Assembly: GCA_963752595.1 (NCBI GenBank) | Contig: CAVVYZ010000002.1 | Coordinates: 1 to 64,000, forward strand | Length of the DNA: 64,000 nucleotides | Reading direction: 5' to 3' | Origin: an uncultured delta proteobacterium | Lineage (GTDB): Bacteria > Desulfobacterota > Desulfomonilia > UBA1062 | Shown: positions 51,290-61,556 of the stretch, in pieces | Layout of the letters: each line of letters begins with the position of its first letter | Numbering within the stretch: the stretch's first letter is position 1 | Notes under the pieces: model-generated | The model's input: only the letters and a program-made list of their open reading frames with translations | The model's database searches: none | Told to the model about the DNA's origin: nothing | Position numbers and translations under genes: made by a program

Positions 51290-52843
51290 CTATTCGGATG
51301 AGGGAGAATAGATGTTGTAAGTTTTTCGCTTAACTTTGAGTGAACGCAGAATCCTCATGCCGGGATGATCCGCACCCAAGTTCTCCGTCGTGATAAGGGC
51401 GGCCTTGGCATCTTTTTCCTTCAGGGTTTCTATCTGCCCTGCACCGATGGGATGCACTTTTCTACCCGCAGCCCATATCAGCTCCTCAGGCAGGTCTCCG
51501 AAGAAGTAGAGCTCCTTTCCCCTGATCTCGGGGATCTCCCGCAGGATCATGAACTGCCGTGCCTCATCCTTTGGGATGAATTGGGATTTCAACGGGGTTA
51601 TTGCGACGAGGGCTAAGCATATTCCGGCCACAACGGCCAGGTGGGTATACTTTGTGCGTTTCCTGATGAAATCGGATATGATCATGCCGCCCGTGATTGT
51701 AAGCGCGATGGCAACCGGAATCAGGACAAGCCTTCCTTTGGAATAATACATGGTCGCGCAGGCAGCAGCGATGCACCCGATACCTGCCAGGAGGCAGAGA
51801 GAACCGTATATTGCTTTCCATGCCAGGGTCCCTGCTTCGCGCAGACGGAATATCGCAATCGCGGAGAGAGCAGCGCCCGGGACAACCGCAGGCATGAGAT
51901 AGCGGGCTTTTTTCTCAGGGACGATTGAGAGAAAGACGACAATCAGGATGAACCAGAAGACAAAGAGCTTTTCCTCCTTCTTCCAATTTTTTTCAAGAAA
52001 AGGTGTGATGACGGCATAGAGGAGGAAGAGCAGCCATGTCCCTACTATCTGGTGAATATTGAGCAGATAGTACCACGGCGCCTCGGTGTGATACGTAAAC
52101 CAGTTGGTGCTCTCCTTCGATGCAACGGCCAGGGCGCTGTGAGGCGTGTTGAGGTAGACATAGGCCGGCCAGGATGCAGAGATGAGAGCGGCGAAGCCGA
52201 AGCTCAACACCAGGCCCCATTTGTTTTCCTTCAGGTCTTTTGTACCGTAGACCATGCAATAGCTTGCTATAAACGGGATGAACATGCTCCAGAGGGCAAC
52301 AGGGCCTTTGCTGAAAAAGGAAAATACCATGAGAAGGGTGAAGAGGAGGAAGTACAGGTTCTTTCTCTCTTTCTGCGCAAACGCCTCGGCCATGGCCCAT
52401 ATTGCTCCTGCCATGGCCATATGGGCATAGATGTCCCAGAAATTCTTCCTCACAGACGAGAGAAACATCAGGCCGGTTATGAGAACGAGCACGGATGTGA
52501 CGGCCATTCCTCCGTCACCCGTAATCCTCCTCACGAGAAGGAAGGTGAACAGCGCGAACAGTACACCGCATATTCCTACAGGAATCCTGTTCGCCGCGAG
52601 GTCGGCATCAGTGCCCGCAAATTTCATAGCAACGGCTGTGATCCAGGTGGGAAGCGGAGGCTTGGCGATTCTCAGCTCGCCGTTCATGGTAGGGAGGAGC
52701 CATGATCCGTCTTCCAGGATCTCGCGGGCGGTAATATAGTTCCTGGCCTCCATATTATTGACTGTCGCGAGCTCGCTGTTCAGAAAACTACAGATCAGAA
52801 CGGCAATTATCACGAAGAAGCAGCTTATTTTCCCCATATGCAT
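51290..52843 (-). CDS. Second ArnT/PMT-family (GT-C) glycosyltransferase
   Basis: MEARNYITARE, PTMNGELRIAKPPLPTW, SKGPV, H.EAPWYY and EKKARYLMP motifs. Confidence 0.88.
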   Translation of the reverse strand: MHMGKISCFFVIIAVLICSFLNSELATVNNMEARNYITAREILEDGSWLLPTMNGELRIAKPPLPTWITAVAMKFAGTDADLAANRIPVGICGVLFALFTFLLVRRITGDGGMAVTSVLVLITGLMFLSSVRKNFWDIYAHMAMAGAIWAMAEAFAQKERKNLYFLLFTLLMVFSFFSKGPVALWSMFIPFIASYCMVYGTKDLKENKWGLVLSFGFAALISASWPAYVYLNTPHSALAVASKESTNWFTYHTEAPWYYLLNIHQIVGTWLLFLLYAVITPFLEKNWKKEEKLFVFWFILIVVFLSIVPEKKARYLMPAVVPGAALSAIAIFRLREAGTLAWKAIYGSLCLLAGIGCIAAACATMYYSKGRLVLIPVAIALTITGGMIISDFIRKRTKYTHLAVVAGICLALVAITPLKSQFIPKDEARQFMILREIPEIRGKELYFFGDLPEELIWAAGRKVHPIGAGQIETLKEKDAKAALITTENLGADHPGMRILRSLKVKRKTYNIYSPSSE

Positions 52844-52975
52844 CGTCAGCTCTTTTCTCCTGGTGCATGTAATATATCTCTGGAAGGTATGTGTTCATTA
52901 TATCCGTGAAAGGTAATTTTCAATTGGTTTCTTGGGAGGAAACCATGGAAGAGAAGAGGCTCGTGCAGACCGATC

Positions 52976-53308
52976 CTATGGATTCAGCCCACGGTGCTGC
53001 AGTTCGATCCGGACATCGATCCTCCTTTGGCGGAGCTGTTCGGGATTGCACGACGGAATGCCCCTTGATAAGCCCAGCCATACGCCGAGCCTGCTTATCC
53101 CATAGCCTGTTCCGACTCCCACCGATGTCCTGTTCGATTCGTTTACGCATCGATTGATCTCATCGGAGAGTTCATAATAATACCGCAGAAGCTCATTATT
53201 TGCCATGGCGGTATAGTCCTGGCTGAGGAGTTCTTTCTGTCGGCCTGCACATCCGCACATCAACAGCACGAGCAGTATGCCGGGAAGCATGAGCTTCAGA
53301 ATTCTCAC
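52976..53308 (-). CDS. Small hypothetical lipoprotein
   Basis: Lipobox-like LLMCGC; Gly-rich amphipathic segment; Cys pair; GGAGGG SD before a GTG start. Confidence 0.65.
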   Translation of the reverse strand: MRILKLMLPGILLVLLMCGCAGRQKELLSQDYTAMANNELLRYYYELSDEINRCVNESNRTSVGVGTGYGISRLGVWLGLSRGIPSCNPEQLRQRRIDVRIELQHRGLNP

Positions 53309-53463
53309 CCTGGCCCTCCTTTGTTGCAGTGTTCAATCAAATGATTCTCCTCCGGCTTTCTGCAAGGTACTTCATCCGCCTCTTCAATTCTTAGAATAGC
53401 ACGGGTGGGTTGACGGGCAAGTGAAGGGTCTCCTGCAGGGCGCCGGATAGATGGGCTGATTTC

Positions 53464-53507
53464 TTCAATTAGTTGATTTCCCTCAAGCTTGCTTAAGGGG
53501 TACCTCA
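53464..53507. repeat. Dispersed ~44-bp hairpin repeat, copy 2 (REP-like)
   Basis: TTCAATTAGTTGATTTCCCTCAAGCTTGCTTAAGGGGTACCTCA; matches 11251-11293. Confidence 0.75.
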
Positions 53508-55041
53508 ATTGCCCCAGCTATATGTTCTCACCCCGGATTGAGAGGGAAGGGATTTGTCCTTCATCGCAGCAAGGGGCCGTTTGGCGAACCATGGCTGTGC
53601 CTTTTCGAGCTGAGCTGCCAGACGGAAAAGTGTCGCCTCGTCGCCGAAGCGGCCGATGAACTGTACCCCGCAAGGCAGGCAGTCCCCTGTCCAGTGCAGC
53701 GGTAGGGACATGGCGGGCAGACCTGTGATATTTGCGATCGGGGTAAAGGGGTTCCCGGCCATGCAGTCGATGGCAAGCTCATCGATGATTGCCGACATGC
53801 TTGTGAAGTTTGCCTTGCAGAACTGCCCGACAATTTTTATGAGAGGCTTTCCAGTGGCTTGTGGTTTGTTTCACCGGTTCTGGCCGGGGGGAAGCCAGCG
53901 TAGGGGTGAGGATACAGGTCGTATTCTTGAGGAAGAGTCCCCATCTGCCGGGAAAAGTATTCCATCTCCTCATGGAGAGGACGAAATCACCGGCTGAAAA
54001 GGAATCCCCAGCATTTTGAAAACCCAGGCAGCATCTTCCAGATCGGATGCCACCGGCTTTCTGCCCAGCAGGTTTTGAGCTCTGAAATATCTGCAGAGGT
54101 CTCTCCGAAATGCAGCATGAAAAAGCTCTTTGCCATGGCAGGGCCGTCAATGGCGGCTCTGCCTCCTCTACATGGTGGCCGAGGCCCAGTCAGGAGACGG
54201 GCCGCATCCTCCGCCGCCTCTCTGCACTCCGGGTGCACTTGTCTCAGCGGCGATCTTGTGGTGTAGGCGATCCTTAAAGGTCCCGGCGCCTGCTGCGCCT
54301 CCTGGAGGTATGGACGCTGAGGCCCGGGGATGACATATGGCGCCCCGATATCCGGCCCCTGCACGGCATCCAGCATGGCAGCACTGTCGCGTACGGTGCG
54401 CGTGATGACATGCTCTGCAACGGTGCCCTGCCAGACCTCTCCCTGGTGGGGCCCTGTGGGCGTGCGGCCTCGCGTCGGTTTCAGGCCGAACAGGCCGCAG
54501 CATGAAGCCGGAATGCGGAGAGATCCGCATGCGTCGCTTCCCGAGGCCATCGGCACCATGCCGCTTGCCACGGCTGCTGCAGACCCTCCGCTCGAACCTC
54601 CGGGTTCATGGTCCATGCTCCAGGGATTGCGCGTATGGCCGTTGAACAGGGACCCGGTACAGGCAGCCAGGCATGACTCCGGGGTATTGGTTTCTCCCAG
54701 AACGATAATGCCCGTTGCCATATAGCGTCTCATCAGCTCGCAGTCATTGCCCGGTGTACATCCTTTGCGGACGCTTAAGGTCTGGGGAATGCCTGCATAG
54801 CTGGTGAGCGGGTCCTTGGTGAGGAAAGGCACCCCGCTAAACGGTCCTTTCTTGATTTTTTTCGCGGCAGCCTTGCGGGCGGCATCGAACTTCCGGAGTA
54901 TGACTGCGTTATCCTCGGATTGATGCTTTCGATGCGGCGAATGGCCTCTTCGCAGAGTTCGTAAGGTCCGACCTCCTTGTTTCTGACGAGCTCTGCCAGG
55001 CCGAGTGCATCAAACAAGTCGTATTCAGGGAAAGGTCTCAT
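53505..55041 (-). pseudogene. Amidase-signature family enzyme, multiply frameshifted
   Basis: DALGLAELVR, PFLTKD, GGSSGGSAAAVASG, GSDACGSLRIPAS, GLKPTRGR and [12 protein letters not shown] motifs across at least four ORFs. Confidence 0.85.
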
Positions 55042-55100
55042 GATTCTTAAGCTTCCTATGAGAAACAAAGCATCCGTTTTGGGAGATGCCCCGTTTATTT

Positions 55101-55133
55101 CAAAAAATCGGGTACGCCGAGTGCGGCGTACCC
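55101..55133 (-). terminator. Intrinsic terminator downstream of the abfD-like gene
   Basis: 10-bp stem GGGTACGCCG / CGGCGTACCC (55110-55133) with 4-nt loop, followed on the minus strand by GATTTTTTG. Confidence 0.8.
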
Positions 55134-55188
55134 AGCATTAAGCTATGAATTCTCTTAGAAAGTTGTGAGAGTACCCGGCTTCAGTTCC

Positions 55189-56652
55189 TCATATGCCGGC
55201 AATGCTGTTCACAAGGTTTTCCCGCAGCTTGATGTTGTACTGCGAGGTGATGGCGATCTGCTCCATGATGGGCGAACCGCCGCCATGGTAGTTGCCGTAG
55301 TTCATGGGGCCGGTGAAGCCGGAGCAGGAATAGTCGATGTAGAGCAGCCAGAACTTGATCTGGTCCTCCACCGGGACATCGGGATTGCGGTTGAGGTACT
55401 TTTCCAGCAGGGGCTTCAGCTCGGGATTGGTCGAGGTCCGCCTCGTTAGGGAAGGTTGCGGGAAGGCCGCCGGCGATGCTGCAGAGCATCTCCTGCTCCT
55501 GGAACACCGCTTCGCCGGTGAGGCACCTGCCCACATTGGCATAGATCGAATTGGGAATGCAGCTTCCCGGGCCGTAAGGGACCGGGCCCATACCCGGGAT
55601 GTAGACCTCGGGCTTGCCCATGGCCGATGCCGTGTACCCGGCTGCATAACCGAGCTCGGTGATCTTGATGAATTCGGCGAGCATCTCCCGGACATGGCCG
55701 GTCTTTCTGACGCCGTTGATCTTGGCAGCCAGGGAGGCCATGCCGGTCATGACGTCGCCGATGGCGGGTTTGCAGCCCGAGTAGCTGTGGCGGTGGAAAA
55801 GGGCGAACAGCAGGGCGCACAAGCCGCCGTGGTCGTTCTCTCCGCAGAGGAATACCCGGTCCCAGGGGACGAAGACGTTGTCGAAAATGATGATAGGAAT
55901 CGGTATACCCGCCGACTGAAAGCCTCTCTTGTAGTTTTTGCGTTTCCGGAAGTTGTGGATGGAAAGGACCTGCTTCACGCCCTCATGGTCGGCCGGGACG
56001 GCGAACGCCACGGCATAGTCCTTCTCGTCCGGGCCCAGTGCCCGGGTGGGGATGACCATGATCTCATCCGCTATGGATGCTTCCGAGATGTGCAGCTTGC
56101 ATCCCCGCACCACGATGCCGTCGCTCTTTCTTCTCCACCACACGGAGGTACATGTCCGGGTCGGTCTGCTCGATGGGCCTCTTCAGGCGCTCGCCCTTCA
56201 CGTCGGTCTGGGCGCAGCATCCGACGAGGTCGTTCTTCTGGAAGATTTCGAGCCATTTCAGGAAGTTCTTGTGATATTCGGTGTTCCCGTTGTTCAGCTT
56301 GTCCGCTTCAAAGGAGACGGCATTGACGGCATTGATGGAGTCGATGCCCATGCAGCGCTGGATGCAGAAACCCACCTTGCGGCACAGGGCGCGGGTCATA
56401 TCCTGCTTCTTGTGAAGGTCGTCCGTGTTCTGGTGGATGTGGCAGAAGCGGTTGATGGTCTTGCCGGTGAGGTGGGAAGTGGCTGTGCAGAGGGCTTTCA
56501 GTTCGGGGTCCCGGACAGCATCGAAGGTAACGCCCATGACGTTCAGGGTCGGCATGCTGCAGCTCGTCGTCTCGGTCGATGAGGGACCCGTTGTAGTAGA
56601 GGTTCCTCTGCATCTTCCGCAGGCCTTCGATATACTGTTCCCTTGTCCTCAT
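55189..56652 (-). CDS. abfD: 4-hydroxybutyryl-CoA dehydratase-like flavo-[4Fe-4S] protein (frameshifted)
   Basis: CIQRCMGIDS and HRHSYSGCK cluster-ligand motifs; AQTDVKGER..RP, FDNVFVPWDRVFLCGE and HGGGSP; GAGGA SD. Confidence 0.82.
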
Positions 56653-56689
56653 ACATATCCTCGGTTCCCAGCCGTTCCTCAAGCTGTAT

Positions 56690-57403
56690 GTCCGGTTCTC
56701 GCTACGGGCTGAATAGTCATGTCTTTTCTTCCTCCGTGATTGTCCGATTTTATCCGGCGCATGCGTGTCGCCGGTAAGATGCAGATGAAGAGAAATGTTC
56801 TTCGGTTTTTTTTGAGCCCTTATGCCGTCGAGGATCAGATCGACGAGTAGGTCGACCTGCTCCGGCATGTTGTTCGGAGCGCCCTGGAGATGCTTCCTGG
56901 TATAGAGGTGCTCGATGGTGCCCAGGATCATGGAGCGCACCAGGTAGGGGTCGGTTTCCTTCTTGAAGGTGCCGTCATCGATGCCCTCACGGATGCAGGA
57001 GAGCAGCATGCGTGCCGCGTCGCGGACCACTTCGCACGCCTTGGACTTGATGAAATTCCGGTTGGTCTTGAGATGGAGCATGATGAGGTTGGCGTACTCC
57101 GGGTTCTTCTCATAGGTGGTGATATAGCTCTGAACGATGGCCCTCAGCTTCGATTCGGCGCCGCGCAGGAAGGGCAGGACCTTCTCGGTTTCCCTGATGG
57201 ACTCCTCAGTGATGTCCTCCGGGATGGTGAACAGAAGCTCTTCCTTTGCAGTTGAAATATTCATACACCGTCGCATCGGAAACACCTGCAGCCTTGCTGA
57301 TTTCCGAGATGGTCGCATCCTGGAAGCCTTTTTCGGCAAAGATTTTCAGTGCACTCTCGATGATGCGCTCTCTTCTCTCGGCCTTCGGATTTATCTTTGT
57401 CAT
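56690..57403 (-). CDS. TetR-family regulator (frameshift near 57250; 3' end uncertain)
   Basis: IIESALKIFAEKGFQDATISEISKAAGVSDATVYEYF, then KEELLF in the next frame; GGAGG SD. Confidence 0.85.
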
Positions 57404-57527
57404 ATTGCCTCCCTACTGGTTTTTTTGAAATTTTTCCTTGTGGGAGGGTATTCACAGACGAAAAATAAAAGCAACGATCTGCTTTTGGGATGGTTTTTTC
57501 AGAGTCTCATCTATCATCATAGCCTAT

Positions 57528-57593
57528 ATAATACTCATTAACTTTGAAAATGTCAAGTAGTAATTGACAATGACTTTGAAAAAAATATATAAA
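57528..57593. promoter_or_regulatory. Back-to-back divergent sigma70 promoters
   Basis: Minus strand: TTGACA (57556-57551), 17 nt, TATTAT (57533-57528). Plus strand: TTGACA (57564-57569), 18 nt, TATAAA (57588-57593). ACTTTGAAAA occurs at 57541 and 57573. Confidence 0.65.
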
Positions 57594-57766
57594 GCACGTA
57601 GAGACTATATAATTAGACAATATAACAGAGCGTCGCAATGATAAAGCCTGATCATATGAAGTAAGGGCATGAATAATGAAGATTGCAAAAAAAACAGAAA
57701 ACCAGGTTCGGGGTTCATCGGGAAGAGCAGTCAGACATGTGACAAACTACTATAAAGGAGTAGCCA

Positions 57767-58530
57767 ATGAAGAAGGTTGATTTTTCACTGAACAATAAGA
57801 TTGCGCTGGTAACAGGTGCGAGCAGAGGAATCGGTGAAGCTATTGCCCTGACACTGGCCGATTACGGCGCCCATTGTATCCTTGTGAGCAGGAAGGCGGA
57901 TGCCCTGAAAGGCGTGGCTGATACGATCGCATCCCGGGGGGCAAAGCCGAAGTGATGGCATGCCATGTGGGCGACCTCAAGCAGATCGAGGGTCTCATAG
58001 GCCTGATCAAAGAACGCTTCGGCAGGCTCGATATCCTTATTAATAATGCTGCCACGAACCCCTACTTCGGGGACATGCTGGGCGCAGACGAGGGAGTATG
58101 GAACAAGACCTTCGACGTGAACCTCAAAGGCCCGTTCTTCCTCATCCAGCATGCAGCCGGACTCATGGAGGCATCAGGCGGGGGCGCAATCGTAAACGTG
58201 TCATCGGTCAACGGCGTCAAGCCTGCACCGTTCCAGGGGGTCTACTCCATCACCAAGGCAGGCCTTATCTCCATGACCATGGCTTTTGCCAAGGAGCTCG
58301 CATGCAAAAACATCCGGGTGAATGCCCTGCTGCCGGGCCTTGTCGACACCCACTTCTCCAAGGCCATCATGGAAAACGACGCCGTGCACGACATAGCGGT
58401 CAAGATGATCCCCATGAACAGGCATGCCGAGCCCAGGGAGATCGCCGGAGTGGTCCTCTACCTCGTGTCGGATGCAGCATCCTTTACCACCGGTGCCGGC
58501 TTCGTCGTGGATGGCGGGGCATTGGCTTAA
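57767..58530 (+). CDS. SDR-family oxidoreductase (one frameshift in the G run 57936-57941)
   Basis: TGASRGIG, LINNAATNP, NVSS, YSITK, IRVNALLPG and VDGG motifs; AAGGAG SD. Confidence 0.88.
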
Positions 58531-58589
58531 ACCACTATTCCTGTGCACATATAGGGAATTGCCTTATCGAAAGGCGAAAGGAAAACCAT

Positions 58590-59513
58590 ATGAAATTAGA
58601 AGACATTAAAAAGGTGCTCATCCTGGGCGCAGGAACCATGGGCCAGCAGATCGGGTTTGTGTGCGCCATGCACGGGTATGAGGTGGTGATGTACGACATC
58701 TCCGATGAGATTCTCAAGGATTCCGTCAAGCGCATGGAAAAGCTCGGGTCGCTGTGGTTTGCCGCCACAGGCAGGATCACAAGCGAGCAGGTGACTGAGA
58801 TCATGGCGAGAATTTCCGCAACGTCGGATCCGAAGGAAGCTGCAAAAGATGCTGATATCGTCAGCGAGTCGGTGCCGGAAGACCCGGGAATCAAGTCAAA
58901 AGTGTTTGCCCTGTTCAATGAGCTCTGCCCGGAACGGACTATCTTCACCACCAACACCTCCCTGCTCATGCCCTCGAAATTCGCTTCATTAACCGGCAGG
59001 CCCGAGAAGCTCGTGGCGCTCCACTTTCACGATGTCCGTACCACCAATGTAGTGGATGTCATGCCTCACCCGGGCACCGACCCGTCAGTCACCCAGCTCG
59101 TATACGATTTTGCCGTGAAGATCGGGCAGGTAGCCATCATGCTCCACCGTGAGAACAACGGCTATGTATTCAATGCCATGATCTCGAACCTCTTCTTTAC
59201 CGCAATGACCCTGGCGACCCGGGATGTGACGAGCTTCGAGGATATCGACCGGGCATGGATGGGTGTGACGCTCATGCCCATGGGCCCGTTCGGCATCATG
59301 GACCAGATAGGCCTCAAAACCGTGTGGACGATCACGGATTACTGGGCCAAAAAAGGCAAGGATGCCCAGGCCCAGGCAAATGCGGATTTCCTCAAACAGT
59401 ATGTGGACAGGGGCGAGCTGGGGGCCAAGACGAGAAAGGGCTTTTACTCTTATCCGAACCCTGCATACGCGCATCCTGACTTCCTTACCCATGGGGCCGG
59501 GAAAAAAGAATAG
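58590..59513 (+). CDS. 3-hydroxyacyl-CoA dehydrogenase
   Basis: LGAGTMG, ESVPED, TTNTS, ALHF, GYVFN, PMGPFGIMDQIGL and GAKTRKGFY motifs. Confidence 0.9.
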   Translation: MKLEDIKKVLILGAGTMGQQIGFVCAMHGYEVVMYDISDEILKDSVKRMEKLGSLWFAATGRITSEQVTEIMARISATSDPKEAAKDADIVSESVPEDPGIKSKVFALFNELCPERTIFTTNTSLLMPSKFASLTGRPEKLVALHFHDVRTTNVVDVMPHPGTDPSVTQLVYDFAVKIGQVAIMLHRENNGYVFNAMISNLFFTAMTLATRDVTSFEDIDRAWMGVTLMPMGPFGIMDQIGLKTVWTITDYWAKKGKDAQAQANADFLKQYVDRGELGAKTRKGFYSYPNPAYAHPDFLTHGAGKKE

Positions 59514-59592
59514 ATATATCCATAACAGATGTTTTTAGATAATTGCTTAATTATTAAAAATATCTGGATATGATCAGGTGTGGGTGCCGGGC

Positions 59593-61556
59593 ATGAAGAA
59601 AATCCATAAGCTCTTGATCGCGAACCGCGGAGGGATTGCCTGCAGGGTGATCCGCACATGCCGGGAGCTGGGCATCCTGACGGTTGCCTTGTATTCGGAA
59701 ATCGACAGCCGAGCGCTGTTCGTGAAGATGGCGGACGAAGACGTATGCATCGGCCAATCCGGCATCGAAACCTACCTGAATCAGGACAGGATAGTTCAGG
59801 CAGCCCGAGAGACGTGCGCGGATGCCGTCCATCCCGGATACGGCCTCCTGTCGGAAAACCCGGATTTCGCTTCGCGCTGCAGAAACGAAAACATCACGTT
59901 CACAGGGCTGTCCCCGGAGTCGATTGCCGTGATGGGCTCGAAGATCGCGGCCAGGGAGCTCTGTGAAGAGATCGGCGTGCCGGTGATCCCGGGCTTCCGT
60001 ATAAACCAAGAATCGGCATCGGAACTTTCCGCCCGTGTCTCACAGATCGGCTACCCGGTCCTCATCAAGGCTTCCGAAGGAGGGGGCGGGATCGGCATAT
60101 TCCTGGTCGAAGGCGTGGACGCACTTGAAAGTACGCTGGAATCTGCACGGAAGAAGTCCCTTGCAGTCTACGGCAATGACAATCTTCTCATCGAGAAATA
60201 TCTTCCTTCGGTCCGTCATATCGAATTCCAGGTCATGGGAGATGTGCACGGCAACATCATCCACCTCTTCGAGCGGGAGAGCTCGGTTCAGCGAAGGCAC
60301 CAGAAACTCCTCGAAGAATCTCCGTCGCCCGTACGGAAGAGCTGCGGAAGAGAATGGGGGATGCGGCAGCGGCAGTAGCCGGGGCGGTGAAGTATTCGAA
60401 CGCCGGCACCGTGGAGTTCGTCCTCACCGATGACGGGACATTCTATTTCCTGGAGATGAACACGAGGGTCCAGGTCGAGCACCCGGTGACCGAGGCGGTA
60501 ACCGGCATCGATCTGGTGGCGATGCAGATCGCCGTAGCAGAAGGCGAGCCGCTGGGCATAAGTCAGGACAGCCTTTCGATGAACGGCCACGCAATCGAGT
60601 GCCGGATTTATGCCGAAGACCCGGATAACGATTTCTTTCCTTCAGCAGGCACCCTGCACGCGTGGAAAGAGGCCCCCGGGGTGAGGACCGACAGCGGCGT
60701 GGAGTCGTCATCGCGTCTCACCATCGATTTCGACCCACTCATGGCAAAGGTCATCGTACATGCTGAATCTCGAAGCAATGCAATCCGGAAGATGAGCAGG
60801 GCATTGAAGGAGACTGCTGCCCTGGGTGTGGCAACCAACATCGATTTCCTGTCCCGCCTCCTGACTGGCGAGCCGTATCTCAACGGTGAGATCAAGACAG
60901 ACTTTTTTGCCGAGTCAGCACCTGCCGTGCAGAAACCCCCTCTGACGCCTGAAGGCACCTGCATGCTCGTCTCGGCTGCAATCATAGCCCGGTTTGACGG
61001 GTATGAGGAAGGCCACCGGGAGCCGGGGTGGCAGGGGACATATCACAAAATGAGATATGCCGGGTTCCTGCTGCACGGCACCGAACATTCTGCAGCATAC
61101 CGCAAGAAGGATAAGGACAGGTTCGAGATCGCCTTCCTTAAAGATACCTTCGATGTCTTCCTGGCGGCAAAAGCAGCGGACTATATTGTTATCACCGTCA
61201 ACGGGCGGCGTCAGAGGTTTTCGTATGCCGATGACGGTGAGACGCTGTTTCTCCACTGCTTAACCCTCGGGCATCATCAGCTGAAATACCGTTCGCGCTT
61301 TGAATCCATGGAGTTCCACCATCAACGAAAAGGGACCAGAGATGCGCCCATGGACGGTAAGGTCGCATCGGTAAAGGTGCAGTCTGGAAAAAAGGTGAAG
61401 AAGGGCCAGGACCTCCTGGTCATCGAGTCCATGAAGATGGAAAACATCATCCAGGCCGACCGGGAAGGATCGGTGAAAGAGATCTTCGTGAAGCCGGGCG
61501 ATTTCGTGAAAATGGGATCTCTGCCCATCGAACTTGACGTGGAGAATGGCGCATGA
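59593..61556 (+). CDS. Acyl-CoA carboxylase alpha subunit (biotin carboxylase plus BCCP), frameshift near 60335
   Basis: LIANRG, VHPGYG.LSEN, IKASEGGGG.G, QRRHQK, AGTVEF, FLEMNTRVQVEHPVTE and the biotinylation motif ESMKM. Confidence 0.9.

Noticed and set aside
56308-57339. In-frame TetR-AbfD fusion suggested by the ORF track
   Set aside because: abfD has its own GAGGA SD and ATG at 56652 and the region is indel-prone, so a lost TetR stop is more likely
57936-57941. Phase-variable poly-G tract in the SDR gene
   Set aside because: Only six G; one added G restores SRGGKAEVMA, typical of homopolymer sequencing error
58098-58589. Long N-terminal extension of the 3-hydroxyacyl-CoA dehydrogenase (471-aa ORF)
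   Set aside because: Overlaps the SDR in another frame; homology and an AAGGA SD support the start at 58590
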